Shown here piece after piece: positions 24,193-33,835 of a stretch of DNA of 40,191 nt. Position numbers and translations under genes: made by a program. Every line of letters starts with the position of its first letter. Positions within the stretch are counted from its first letter, which is position 1. This DNA comes from an uncultured Ignavibacteriales bacterium (GTDB lineage Bacteria; Zixibacteria; MSB-5A5; GN15; FEB-12): NCBI GenBank assembly GCA_964531495.1, contig CAZHDS010000001.1, forward strand, positions 24,823 to 65,013. The letters are read 5' to 3'. The notes below the pieces were generated by a model. It made no database searches, was not told the DNA's origin, and was given only the letters and a program-made list of their open reading frames with translations.

Positions 24193-25500
24193 CTAATCAG
24201 GGCAAGATGCCGGGGGCGGGCCATCTCTGAACATGAAATCCACCAAATGGACCAGATCCGCTATGTCGCCCATGATGCCATCGTCATTCAGATCGACCTC
24301 ATGCGTGCAGATCGGGCGGGTGCCCAGTTGAAACATGTAGGTCACAAGGTAGATGATATCGGAGATATCCGGTGAAGAGCCACTGTGGTCGGCGTCGCCT
24401 CTCAGAAGGCAACAGCATAGATCGCCGATGCCGTCGTCGTCAGTGTCCGCCTGATCGGGATTGGCGGTTTGCGGGCAGTTGTCGTCCCCATCCAACACTC
24501 CGTCACCGTCCGCGTCCGGTAGCAGTCCTCCGCCCATGATCTGGGGGATTATCTGGCGCAGGACGACCAGCAGGCTGTCTTGTCCCTCGCTGTAGCCGGC
24601 GACATTGAGGTGCGAACCGACCTCGCCGTTATAGAATTTGTTGGCCAGACAATAGCGATTAGCACTGTCCGGACTAGTTTCACATAGAAAGTGGTACGAA
24701 TTCCATCGCCACAAATTTGGCGTCGGTGATTGTCCGGGTACAAAGAACGCCTCACTATCCCACCAATCAACCAGGTCGTATGTGATTCTGGCCTGGGCTG
24801 AGTCGAGAATGCCATCGACGCCCAGCCGAAGGGGCGTGCCAAACACCAGGCAGACGTTGGTCTCCGGGTGGGCGGCAATGGAGTCGCGCAGGACTTCGAA
24901 AAGGATCATCATGCTGTCAGCCTGAGGCTGGCTCATGTAGGCCCAGGCGTAATACGGATTCTCAATGAGGACGAGGTCAAACCCATCAGTTTCCTGCACC
25001 GAATCAGGGAAATTGGAGGGGATGTTGTGGGTCTTGAAGAAGCGGTAGAAGGCGGAGTCTTCTTTGTTCGGGACATTGTAGAAGTTATCAAGGATTCCGG
25101 CATACCCGTTACTGCCCATGCCGTTATTGTCATTCCAGATTCGCATGCGTTCGCCGGAGTTGGGATTGAGATTGTAGCTGAACCCGGAGAAGCGGTCAAA
25201 TGCGCAGCCATTGGATCCAGATCCTGGAATCGAGTCACTCATCGCTCGGCCGGCACCATCGTCGTTGAGACGGTAACTTCGAAAGGCGATGTCGGCGGTA
25301 TCATTGTCCACTACGATTAGCATCGTATCGAGCGATTCAGTGATGTTGCGGTTCAGCTGCTCATTCCAGCAATAGCCGTTCACGAATCCGGTGCCGACAG
25401 AATAATGAATGTACAGCACTGAGACGCGCTGGATGTTGGCGCTGGCCGGGGATACGGCTAGTAAAACGAGTAAGAAGCAGAGCAGGGTTGTTGACTTCAC
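24193..25500 (-). CDS. Secreted protein: N-terminal domain of unknown function, thrombospondin type-3 repeats, and a twin dockerin-like C-terminal module
   Basis: I prefer a GTG start at 25500 with GAGG 9 nt upstream, which gives M-KSTTLLCFLLVLLAVSPASA as signal peptide. The alternative is ATG 25545. The start at 25707 used by the track overlaps hemC and lacks a signal peptide. The TSP3 repeats read DADGDGVLDGDDNCPQTANPDQADTDDDGIGDLC. The tail reads CCCLLRGDADHSG..DISDIIYLVTYMFQLG...DLNDDG..DIADLVHLVDFMFRDGPPPASCPD. Confidence 0.8.
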   Translation of the reverse strand: MKSTTLLCFLLVLLAVSPASANIQRVSVLYIHYSVGTGFVNGYCWNEQLNRNITESLDTMLIVVDNDTADIAFRSYRLNDDGAGRAMSDSIPGSGSNGCAFDRFSGFSYNLNPNSGERMRIWNDNNGMGSNGYAGILDNFYNVPNKEDSAFYRFFKTHNIPSNFPDSVQETDGFDLVLIENPYYAWAYMSQPQADSMMILFEVLRDSIAAHPETNVCLVFGTPLRLGVDGILDSAQARITYDLVDWWDSEAFFVPGQSPTPNLWRWNSYHFLCETSPDSANRYCLANKFYNGEVGSHLNVAGYSEGQDSLLVVLRQIIPQIMGGGLLPDADGDGVLDGDDNCPQTANPDQADTDDDGIGDLCCCLLRGDADHSGSSPDISDIIYLVTYMFQLGTRPICTHEVDLNDDGIMGDIADLVHLVDFMFRDGPPPASCPD

Positions 25501-25694
25501 GGTTGCATACCTCAGCGTGAGAACATAGCGGATAAGTATGCACATTACAACTGAAGTCAGAGCGAGTGGTTCCGGCGATGTGTCAGTGGGCCCGGATCGC
25601 GAACTGCTCGATAGGCGATCGATTTTGCTGGACAGCAGGGCGCTCAGCCTGTTATCGTCAACCAATGCAAGATCGAAAGAACCAGCCGCGCCGT

Positions 25695-26633
25695 ATGTCT
25701 GAGCCATCGTCTCTACCAGTTCCGAAAATCGTCATCGGCTCCCGAGGTTCTGATCTAGCCTTGTATCAAGCGAACTTGATACAAGGCCTTTTGGAGCAAT
25801 CCGGAGCTTGTCGCGTAGAGCTTGAGATTATCAAGACTACCGGCGATCGTTTGGATGAAGTTTCCTTCGACAAGATGGAAGGCAAGGGGTTCTTCACCAA
25901 AGAGATTGAAGAAGCCCTGCTCGAACAGCGGATCGATCTGGCGGTACACTCGCTGAAAGATCTCCTGACGACCCAACCACCCGGGTTGAGATTGGGTGCA
26001 GTCGGCTTTCGTGCCAACCCGAGGGAAATGCTGCTCATGCGACCAGAAGCGAAGCAGTCCGGCAGCCCTCTGCCGCTCAAGTCTGGCAGCACGATCGGGA
26101 CTTCCTCCAATCGACGGCGCTGCCAGATTGCCGCTCTGAACCCATCGCTTGTAATCCGAGATTTGCGCGGAAATGTTCCAACACGCGTGGCCAAGCTGCG
26201 CGACGGACAGTCTGACGCTATTGTGATCGCCGCCACTGGGGTCGAGAGGCTGGCCCTGGATCTCTCCGGGCTGGAGATCATTATTCTGCCGCGCAGGCAA
26301 TTTCTCCCGGCTCCTGGGCAGGGCATTCTGGGTCTTCAGATTCGGTCGGCCGATGACATCACGGCCAACCTGCTGCAACCCCTCCACTCCGAGCAAGATG
26401 CCCTTGAGGCGGCCCTTGAGCGCGGTTTGCTGGCCCGCTTCAAATCCGGCTGTTCGTTGCCCCTGGGAGTAACCTCCGATGTAACGAGCGAGAGCCTTCG
26501 CTTGAGAGCAGTGCTGGGCGTGAAGCAGGGCGATCAGTGGGGCGAGCTCCTGTCATGCGATGTCGAGGGGACGGATGTAGATTCTGTCGTTAGCGAGGCG
26601 TACCGTACGCTGACAGCCTCATCGGGCAAGTAA
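25695..26633 (+). CDS. hemC: Hydroxymethylbilane synthase (porphobilinogen deaminase)
   Basis: The protein has IVIGSRGSDLALYQA, ELEIIKTTGDR, GKGFFTKEIEEALL and IDLAVHSLKDL. I chose the start at ATG 25695 (MSEPSS...). ATG 25665 is also possible. The GTG at 25566 used by the track is unlikely. Confidence 0.88.
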   Translation: MSEPSSLPVPKIVIGSRGSDLALYQANLIQGLLEQSGACRVELEIIKTTGDRLDEVSFDKMEGKGFFTKEIEEALLEQRIDLAVHSLKDLLTTQPPGLRLGAVGFRANPREMLLMRPEAKQSGSPLPLKSGSTIGTSSNRRRCQIAALNPSLVIRDLRGNVPTRVAKLRDGQSDAIVIAATGVERLALDLSGLEIIILPRRQFLPAPGQGILGLQIRSADDITANLLQPLHSEQDALEAALERGLLARFKSGCSLPLGVTSDVTSESLRLRAVLGVKQGDQWGELLSCDVEGTDVDSVVSEAYRTLTASSGK

Positions 26634-26637
26634 GAAG

Positions 26638-26662
26638 CCGGACCGACCGGTGGCCGGTCCGG
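26638..26662. terminator. GC-rich hairpin between convergent hemC and the ABC permease gene (no clear U-tract)
   Basis: CCGGACCG-N9-CGGTCCGG (8 bp). An alternative register exists because GACCG is repeated. Confidence 0.3.
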
Positions 26663-26674
26663 AATCAAATCCTT

Positions 26675-28111
26675 CTATCGAAGGTCGTACTTCAGAAATG
26701 ATCCCAGAGCCAGACCGAAGGTTACGAGGATCGAGACAATCAGCAGCCCAAAATCAACCACACTTGCCGCCACCACTTCGCCAACCGATCGTTGGGGGGG
26801 TGAGAAACGTGGCATGTCAGAGATATCCAGCCCCTCTCGGTCGCGCGAGGCGTCAATGGTGAGACTCTGTTCACCATGTTCGTCCACTTCCATAGTTATG
26901 CGGATTCCGCCCATGTCGCCGGTTTCCTCCTGCTTCTGCTTTACATGCTGGTTGAAGCGAGTTCGGTATTCACTCATAGCATCTTCGGCGCGGTCTTTGG
27001 CCTGCGTGTCCGTCTCGGCCAGATTCATCGCCGCCAGCCGATATGCCGAAACCGGCGACAATCGTGATAGCTGCCAGGCCAGTCTCTCCTGGGCGATCTT
27101 CTTCTGGCGCAGATCCTCCATTAGGCGAGCCACGTATTCGGCGATTTCGATGTCGTCAAGTTTTCGCAAGGAGTCAAAGCGCATGTTGGTTTCTGTCTGG
27201 TCCGCCTGGCAGGTGGACGTGTGCAGAGCCGCTATCAATCCCTGGATGTTGGCGTTCATCTTCTCGTTGGCAAGAGCCTGATGCTGGCTCTCGATCTCGG
27301 CGATGCGTGGCACGTCGGCCAACCCTCCCGCAGCCATGACACCGGCGCGGGGGATGATCATGACGAGCAGAACCCAAACCATCAGGGAGAACAAGAATGA
27401 AACAGAGGAGCGACGGGTCAGAGTCGAGATTAGAACGCCCAGCACGATGAAAAACGTGAAGAGCAGGGATGACAACGCCAACAGCATTCCGATTCTGATC
27501 CAGTGATCGCCGGTTAGCGGTACGCCCATAGTGACCACGAGCAGAAGGCTGAGGAGGATGGGGATCCCGAGGGGCACGGCCAGTCCTAACCAGGCTCCAA
27601 GACACTTGGCGGCGAGATACTGCCCGCGCGAAACGGCATTGGAAAACACGAGCCGCAGAGTCCCGGATTCTCGTTCGCCATTGACAGAGTCATAGGTGAA
27701 TTGGATCGCCATGAGCGACAGCACAAACATTACGATGAACGAAAAATCAGCCAGGCGAAATACCGCAAAGAGTGGATCATCGGAGTATGTGCTGTGTCTG
27801 AGCTTGATCGGCTCTTCTGCATTAACAAGGGACCAGCGACCGAGATCGTGCGCGATGCCCGAGGCGAAGATCTGCATGGGATCGGGTTGGCGCAGGGCGC
27901 GGGTTTCGAAGTCACCCCAGGAACTGGCCTGGCGGGCCTCTTCTTGCACCAGATGGCCCAGGGTGGCGTGTTGTTCGGCGATCGCTTTGTACTCTTGGAT
28001 GCCGGTGAAGATGCTCACCAGAATCAGCACCGAGCAAACCGCGAAGGAGCCGAAGAAGCGCGGGCTGTACAGCGTCGCCCTAAGTTCTTTTTGTATCAGT
28101 GTTGCGAACAT
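26675..28111 (-). CDS. ABC-2 family transporter permease (large, with a periplasmic/coiled insert)
   Basis: A 478-aa ORF. One N-terminal TM helix is followed by a 5-TM ABC-2 core and then an insert of about 170 aa (...LRQKKIAQERLAWQLSRLSPVSAYRLAAMNLAETD...). A final TM helix closes the protein. It is a paralogue of the next gene. Confidence 0.8.
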   Translation of the reverse strand: MFATLIQKELRATLYSPRFFGSFAVCSVLILVSIFTGIQEYKAIAEQHATLGHLVQEEARQASSWGDFETRALRQPDPMQIFASGIAHDLGRWSLVNAEEPIKLRHSTYSDDPLFAVFRLADFSFIVMFVLSLMAIQFTYDSVNGERESGTLRLVFSNAVSRGQYLAAKCLGAWLGLAVPLGIPILLSLLLVVTMGVPLTGDHWIRIGMLLALSSLLFTFFIVLGVLISTLTRRSSVSFLFSLMVWVLLVMIIPRAGVMAAGGLADVPRIAEIESQHQALANEKMNANIQGLIAALHTSTCQADQTETNMRFDSLRKLDDIEIAEYVARLMEDLRQKKIAQERLAWQLSRLSPVSAYRLAAMNLAETDTQAKDRAEDAMSEYRTRFNQHVKQKQEETGDMGGIRITMEVDEHGEQSLTIDASRDREGLDISDMPRFSPPQRSVGEVVAASVVDFGLLIVSILVTFGLALGSFLKYDLR

Positions 28112-28132
28112 CAGTTGCTCCAGGTTTGTCGA

Positions 28133-29551
28133 CTAGCGAACATCATAACGATTGAATGAAAAGACGGCCCCACCGAAGAAGACGATCACAAAGATGGCCA
28201 GCAAGCCGATGTCTGCCGCCGATGTTTCGATCGCTTCCGAAGTCGTCACGTCCTGGAAGTGAAAGACCGGTAGTTCATCTGCGTCAATCGCCTCCGGGAT
28301 GGGCGGGTTGGCGCCGTCTTCAATCGATATCACATGCATCACCCCGCCAGCATTAATGCCCACTTTTTCTGTCTTGAAATTCCCGAATTCGGTCTGGAAT
28401 GCGCCAGCTTGCTGGTAGAATCGGTTCTCCAGGTCCAGCGACGTTCCGGCCAGTTGCGAAGTGGCCAGTGTCAACGAGGCCGTGGGGGAGACTCGGGCCA
28501 GAGCGAAGGAGACCTGACTTTGTTTCAAGCGCCGGTTCTGACGAGATTCGTTGAGTCGAGAAGCGAACACCTGCATCTTGGTCTCGCGAACGTTCGAGAG
28601 GGAATCCATAAATCCCATCAGCGCCTTTCCCGGATCGGACCCGGCCTCGGAAAGCGGCATCGAGAAACCGCTAAGGCCGTCCAGGAACTCTTTGTGCAGT
28701 TGGGTCGCGAACTGACCTTTCTCGGATGCGACCGCATCAGACGAAGGCACGTCAACGGCCCGACCGGCAAGCAGCACGGCCACTCTAGGCACGACCAGTA
28801 CGCTCATGATCCATATCACCAAGAGAGCCAGAAACGAGCTCGAGGAGCGTCTTGTCAGGGCTGAGACCCAGAGTGACAGAGTCAGAAAGGCTGCAAAATA
28901 GAGCAAGCCGGTTAGGACGATCAAGCCCAGACGCAGCCATTCATCGCCAGTAAGAACGATACCCATCAGCGGCAGGAGGAGGCACCCTATCGCCACCGCA
29001 CACAACAGTGACAGGGCCAGGATCATGGTTGATCCTGCTGCCTTCCCGAGAATGTAGGTGTGACGGGGAATAGCGTTGGCGAACGAAAGGCGAAGCGTAC
29101 CTCGCTCCTTTTCGCCGCTAATGGCATCGTAGCCTAACAAGATTGCAAACAATGAGAGGATGACCTGAAATACGAATTCTAGATCCAGATAACGGAAGAC
29201 GGCGTAGATGAGATTCTCGTTGTAGTGGCTGCCCTGAGGTATGACTTCGCCGCGACCGCGCACGACCGCGGTGCGCCCGATGTCGTTGGAGACACCGGAG
29301 ACCAGGCAGGCCAACGGACGGGGCGGCATGAATATGCTCGACTCACCTACTGCGGCCCAGTCTGTCACGCCGTCCAGTTCGGCCAGATTGGCCGCTACGG
29401 AAGACTCGTAGTGTGAACGGTGAAGTTGGTAGCGCGCTGCTCCGGCGTAGAAGGCGGCGATGATCAGTATGGCGCAAGCGCCAAAAGTCACCGCAAACTT
29501 GGTAGAGCCGATGATGTCGCGGATTTCCTTTTCAAAGATAACCTGAAACAT
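28133..29551 (-). CDS. ABC-2 family transporter permease (paralogue of 26675..28111)
   Basis: A 472-aa ORF with the same architecture (...RRLKQSQVSFALARVSPTASLTLATSQLAGTS...). Its start codon overlaps the ATPase stop by 1 nt. Confidence 0.8.
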   Translation of the reverse strand: MFQVIFEKEIRDIIGSTKFAVTFGACAILIIAAFYAGAARYQLHRSHYESSVAANLAELDGVTDWAAVGESSIFMPPRPLACLVSGVSNDIGRTAVVRGRGEVIPQGSHYNENLIYAVFRYLDLEFVFQVILSLFAILLGYDAISGEKERGTLRLSFANAIPRHTYILGKAAGSTMILALSLLCAVAIGCLLLPLMGIVLTGDEWLRLGLIVLTGLLYFAAFLTLSLWVSALTRRSSSSFLALLVIWIMSVLVVPRVAVLLAGRAVDVPSSDAVASEKGQFATQLHKEFLDGLSGFSMPLSEAGSDPGKALMGFMDSLSNVRETKMQVFASRLNESRQNRRLKQSQVSFALARVSPTASLTLATSQLAGTSLDLENRFYQQAGAFQTEFGNFKTEKVGINAGGVMHVISIEDGANPPIPEAIDADELPVFHFQDVTTSEAIETSAADIGLLAIFVIVFFGGAVFSFNRYDVR

Positions 29552-30354
29552 CAGGCCACCTCGGTTTCCGCCGTTAGCTGGCCGTTGTGGCCAGCCATGT
29601 ATCGCATATAGAGAGCTTCCAGGTCCTCGCCCTCCATTTCGGCCGCGTTCTTCTGCATTATCATCTGCCCGCGATCCATGATGGCGATCGTGTCCGCGAC
29701 TTCACGGGCCCGGAAGATGTCGTGAGTCGACATCAGGATTGCTTTACCTTCCTCACGGAGCTGGCGGAGTAGCCTGAGAAACTCGAAACCGGCCTGAGGG
29801 TCTAACCCGGAGGTCGGCTCATCCAGAAGGATCGCCGGAGCGTCTTTGAGAATGGCCACGGCGATACCGCACTTCTGGCGCATCCCCTTGGAAAAACTGC
29901 GCAGGCGCTTGTCGTGAGACTCGGCAGCCAATCCAACCCGGGTCAGAACGCCATGGTAGTCATCTCGAGTATACTCCGCATGGCCACCCAGGCGGGCGAA
30001 AAAGTCCAGGTTCTGCACCGCTGTGAATTGCGGGTAGAGCGTAACGTTTTCTGAGACGAAGGCGACGCGTGCTTTGGCTCGCAATGGGTCCTGGTGACTT
30101 ACAATACCGTCGACTCGAGCCTCACCCTCGGTTGGCTCCAGCAAGTTCAGAAAGAGATTGATGGTCGTCGTTTTGCCGGCTCCGTTTCCGCCCAGAATGG
30201 CGAAGATCTGGCCTGGCCGGACAGAGAACGACAATTTGTCTACTGCCAGAACGCCGTCGCGGTATCGTTTCGAGAGGTTGATCGCCTCGAGTAGCGGCTG
30301 TGTTGATTGACTTGTCTGAGTCACAATAGTCCTCGTTATTCTATAGTTGTGCAT
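29551..30354 (-). CDS. ABC transporter ATP-binding protein
   Basis: Walker A GGNGAGKTT, signature FSKGMRQK, Walker B ILLDEPTSGLD, and the H-loop STHD. The start overlaps the upstream stop as TAATG. Confidence 0.92.
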   Translation of the reverse strand: MHNYRITRTIVTQTSQSTQPLLEAINLSKRYRDGVLAVDKLSFSVRPGQIFAILGGNGAGKTTTINLFLNLLEPTEGEARVDGIVSHQDPLRAKARVAFVSENVTLYPQFTAVQNLDFFARLGGHAEYTRDDYHGVLTRVGLAAESHDKRLRSFSKGMRQKCGIAVAILKDAPAILLDEPTSGLDPQAGFEFLRLLRQLREEGKAILMSTHDIFRAREVADTIAIMDRGQMIMQKNAAEMEGEDLEALYMRYMAGHNGQLTAETEVA

Positions 30355-31883
30355 TATCGTCTGGATAGGCGTAGGCCGAACACCACGACCGCTCCCACCA
30401 GCCCAACAATCAGAATCACCAGCGCAACCGTTCCGAAAATGTTGGCTTGTGGTCTGATTTCTATGCTGACGGTTTTGTCGGGAGAGGTGATCGGCTGTGA
30501 GTCAGAGGTGCCGCTGGTGCGCAGGCGAACCTCGTACTTGCCCGGGGTAACGTCAGGCGGAGGCGTGAAGGTCAACGATACGATCGCCTCCTCGCTGATG
30601 TCCAGGCTTGGGATTACGGGCGGATCGATAGCCTTGGTCCAATTCAGAGGGAGGTCTGTCTTGACCTCAATGTTGTCGATTCGGTTACTTCCCTCGTTGA
30701 GCACATTTATGTTCATGGCCACCGATTCGCCGGTCTGTACCGAGTAGTAAAGCTGAGATGATTGAACCAGGATTTCACCCCGCCCACTGGGCCGTAGCTC
30801 CAGGCGCACGAACCCGATTTCCATTTCTTCCAGTTCCGCTTCGGTCCATTGGCGCGACTCAAGTGCGCCTAATTCTTCGGCCTTGTCGCGAGGCAGCACG
30901 AGGACATAAAACGGAATCGAGCGATCCATTATGACCTCCGGCGTGGGGCGATCAGGTAGAGTCACTTCAAGGGCAGCGTTCTTAGTACGGCTGCTCTCCG
31001 TGAACTTGACCTGACTCAAGCGTACGCCCCCGGTCGGGTCGCTGAAATACCGGCTGATGGCGTCGGGAAGGTTGACCACGGCCAGGCTGAAAGTGTTGGA
31101 TACGCCGCTGTAGAGCTCGAGAGTCAGATCAAACGAAGCGGACTGGCCCAACTCGAGCTCCTGTGAGAACTGTTCCGACTGAACCGCCACGCGGTTTTCG
31201 GAAACGTCCTTCTGCAGGAAGATCTTCATGGTTCGCTGTGAACCGTTGGCGTAGTACAGCAGGATCGTGACGGCATCCAGGTCCTGCAGCAGAGCGAAGT
31301 CGATAGTTCGCGGTTCGCCGAACCGTAGCTCAGAGAGCTTGGCCTCATATGGTTGGCTGACGATAGCGTTGTCGTCGTTGAGCATCGATACATAGACATT
31401 GTGAATGACATCCGGCTGCAATGACCGGAACAAATCGTCTTCGAGATTGAGCAACTGATGAAACTCTGCCGTACCGCCGGAAGTATTCACCAGCGTCACG
31501 CGCACGCGTTTTGTACCATCTTTGGCCTGGTACTTGATCGCTTCTGAGACAGAGACATATTGCTCCTCGAACAGCACGGCCAGAAGCGATTGCTGATAGT
31601 TGACCTCAGCGTCGGCGTGAACGCTCCTGACGCGGTCGAGCTCCAACGCAGTAATCATGCCCCGGTCGAACAGCTGCTGCTGTCGTTCAAGATCGCGATG
31701 CGCAACATCGAACGCCTCACGAGCCCTTTTTAGCCCCAAGAGCCGGTATTCATTGTCACGAACGTTGAACGGATTGTATCCTTGGGCCGCCAGCGGCGTT
31801 GTCACCAACGGTGCCGCCAACTGTAGCGCCATTACGGTCAAAGGGATCAACCATAGGCTGGAAAGACGTTTGACTATACTCAT
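30354..31883 (-). CDS. Secreted, C-terminally anchored accessory protein: coiled-coil N-terminal region plus NEW3/COG1470-like beta-sandwich domains
   Basis: I moved the start to ATG 31883 (MSIVKRLSSLWLIPLTVMALQLAAPLVTTPLAAQG, a signal peptide). The coiled coil reads LELDRVRSVHADAEVNYQQS. The NEW3-like segment is NVLNEGSNRIDNIEVKTDLPLNWTKAIDPPVIPSLDISEEAIVSLTFTPPPDVTPGKYEVRL. The terminal TM helix is IFGTVALVILIVGLVGAVVVFGL. Confidence 0.75.
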   Translation of the reverse strand: MSIVKRLSSLWLIPLTVMALQLAAPLVTTPLAAQGYNPFNVRDNEYRLLGLKRAREAFDVAHRDLERQQQLFDRGMITALELDRVRSVHADAEVNYQQSLLAVLFEEQYVSVSEAIKYQAKDGTKRVRVTLVNTSGGTAEFHQLLNLEDDLFRSLQPDVIHNVYVSMLNDDNAIVSQPYEAKLSELRFGEPRTIDFALLQDLDAVTILLYYANGSQRTMKIFLQKDVSENRVAVQSEQFSQELELGQSASFDLTLELYSGVSNTFSLAVVNLPDAISRYFSDPTGGVRLSQVKFTESSRTKNAALEVTLPDRPTPEVIMDRSIPFYVLVLPRDKAEELGALESRQWTEAELEEMEIGFVRLELRPSGRGEILVQSSQLYYSVQTGESVAMNINVLNEGSNRIDNIEVKTDLPLNWTKAIDPPVIPSLDISEEAIVSLTFTPPPDVTPGKYEVRLRTSGTSDSQPITSPDKTVSIEIRPQANIFGTVALVILIVGLVGAVVVFGLRLSRR

Positions 31884-32057
31884 CGCGCCGCCCCACAATC
31901 GGGCAGGCAAATGAGGCATGGCTGAGTCGGGGCCGGAGCAATCGAGCGGGCTTCGGGCGAGTTGTGGTGCATACGGAAGTTGCCTCATGCAGATGGGGTC
32001 GTTGGCTTCTTTGAGCGTTGTTACGAGTAACGTAAGTAGCTGGTTGCCATGGGCATA

Positions 32058-32093
32058 GTTAAGACATGTTAGGGTTTGTTAAGGTATGTTAAT
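32058..32093 (+). promoter_or_regulatory. Four helically phased direct repeats (GTTARG every 10 bp), candidate response-regulator binding array
   Basis: GTTAAG 32058-63, GTTAGG 32068-73, GTTAAG 32078-83, GTTAAT 32088-93. The array lies in the divergent region between the ABC operon and the histidine kinase gene. Confidence 0.45.
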
Positions 32094-32131
32094 TGAGCTG
32101 ATTTTCACCCTCGGATGCCGTATAGTGTAGC

Positions 32132-33835
32132 ATGAGGATTATGCCGCGGACAGTTCGCTTGATAGTTGTTTTGATCCTGATCTCTCTGTCAGGATTGGTC
32201 GCCCTGCAGGGCTGGCTCCTGGCGAATGCGTTGGAATTGCGTCAAGCAGCTTTCGAGCGGCATGTGATGGCGGCTCTGGTTGCCGTTACGCAGGACCTTG
32301 CCGAACTGGAGACGGCCGAGATAGCTTTCTATTTAGCGGACTCCTGCGCCGAAGATCAACAGGTGACGGTCGTAACTATGATCGGCGAAGCGGGGTCAGG
32401 CGATAGCCTCTCCGAAGAAATCCTGAAGCTGCGTGACATGTGCCAAGATCCGAGGATGGACTACCAGGCTGGGCAGCTGAATCTCGCTTCTCCGGACAGT
32501 CAGACAGTCAGGGTTCACATGTTCCCTCATGGCTCTGATCGTGATTCGATCCTGTTCGATAGCATCCTGGAGGGCGGAGAGCACCAAATTGCGCTTGATC
32601 GCAGCAACCTCGATAGTGCTCGCATAGTGATCGACTACGAAACTGACGGGAGCGTACATGGCATCCAGGCCACGGCCGCCGGGTTCGCCCGAGTTGTGGG
32701 TGGCGATAGCCTGAAATTCGCGTTCGTGCGTGACATCGTCGACCGCCTGATCATAGGTGAGACGATGACTCTGCAGGAACGCGTGGACGAGGACAAGTTG
32801 GATTCTCTGTTGCGTCTGCGCTTGGGCGAGGCTGAGCTCGATCTTGATTACGCCTTTGGGGTGACCACGCTCGAAGGTGACTCGCTGTGGCTCGTGCATC
32901 CGGACGCTGACCGTGAGGTTCTATCCGACTCGCACCTCCGGACTCGTCTTTTCCCTCATGATATGGGAAACAGCGGAGCAGAATTGGTTGTGCAGTTTCC
33001 GGAGCAGACGCTCTATCTCTGGCGCCAGGCGGGTATGATGTTGCCAGCCACGGCGATCTTCATCGGCATTCTGGTCTTCTGCTTTGCCTATACCATTCGA
33101 GCCCTGGGTGCCCAACGACATCAGGCAAGTCTGATGGTGGACTTCGTCAATAACATGACGCATGAATTCAAGACGCCTATATCTACGGTTGCTTTGGCCT
33201 GCGAGGCGATCCAGCGCCCAGATGTAGTCGGGGACCAGGCTCGGGTCATTGAGTTTTCCGAGATGATCCAGAGCGAGAACCGTCGCATGCGCCGTCAAAC
33301 CGAGAAGATCCTGCAGATGGCTGCAATTGAGGATATGGACTTTGAATTGGACCTGGTCCAGATGGATGTGCACGACGTGATCGCCACGGCCGTTCGGAAC
33401 TTTTCGGTCCAGGTGGAACATCGGGGCGGTCAGCTGCAATCTAATCTGAAGGCAGCGCCTTCGTTGATCGTCGCTGATAAGGTGCACGTGGCGGCCATCG
33501 TTCACAATCTGATGGACAATGCGCTGAAATACTCCCCGGATCGGCCGGACATCACAATTGCCACCGCCAATGATGTCGGCGGGATTATGATCGCAGTCGA
33601 AGACAAGGGGATGGGCATCCCTCTCGAAGACCAGAAACTCGTATTCGACAAGTACTATCGCGTTTCTTCCGGCGATACCCATGATGTCAAGGGCTTCGGA
33701 TTAGGGCTCAGTTATGTCTCCCTGATGGTTCGGCTACATGGTGGTCGGGTGGCCCTAAGTAGTCAGTTCGGCCAGGGTACCCGGATTGAGCTGATCTTTC
33801 CGCGCGAGGACGTAACTGCCAGGAGTCGGGCATGA
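32132..33835 (+). CDS. Sensor histidine kinase (two TM helices, extracytoplasmic sensor of about 260 aa)
   Basis: H-box FVNNMTHEFKTPIST, N-box HNLMDNALKYS, and G-boxes DKGMGIP and GFGLGLSYV. Confidence 0.9.
   Translation: MRIMPRTVRLIVVLILISLSGLVALQGWLLANALELRQAAFERHVMAALVAVTQDLAELETAEIAFYLADSCAEDQQVTVVTMIGEAGSGDSLSEEILKLRDMCQDPRMDYQAGQLNLASPDSQTVRVHMFPHGSDRDSILFDSILEGGEHQIALDRSNLDSARIVIDYETDGSVHGIQATAAGFARVVGGDSLKFAFVRDIVDRLIIGETMTLQERVDEDKLDSLLRLRLGEAELDLDYAFGVTTLEGDSLWLVHPDADREVLSDSHLRTRLFPHDMGNSGAELVVQFPEQTLYLWRQAGMMLPATAIFIGILVFCFAYTIRALGAQRHQASLMVDFVNNMTHEFKTPISTVALACEAIQRPDVVGDQARVIEFSEMIQSENRRMRRQTEKILQMAAIEDMDFELDLVQMDVHDVIATAVRNFSVQVEHRGGQLQSNLKAAPSLIVADKVHVAAIVHNLMDNALKYSPDRPDITIATANDVGGIMIAVEDKGMGIPLEDQKLVFDKYYRVSSGDTHDVKGFGLGLSYVSLMVRLHGGRVALSSQFGQGTRIELIFPREDVTARSRA

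Noticed and set aside
25501-25707. N-terminal extensions that make the 504-aa ORF (to 25707) and hemC (from 25566) overlap each other on opposite strands.
   Set aside because: The extensions lack SD sites and would bury the signal peptide of the secreted protein 70 aa inside the chain. Internal starts (GTG 25500 or ATG 25545; ATG 25695) give canonical N-termini and leave a normal divergent promoter gap.
25755-26396. Antisense ORFs of 213 and 186 aa opposite hemC, and the similar 253-aa ORF (32921..33682) opposite the histidine kinase gene.
   Set aside because: The sense genes carry unambiguous family motifs. The antisense translations are Arg/Ser/Pro-rich shadows.
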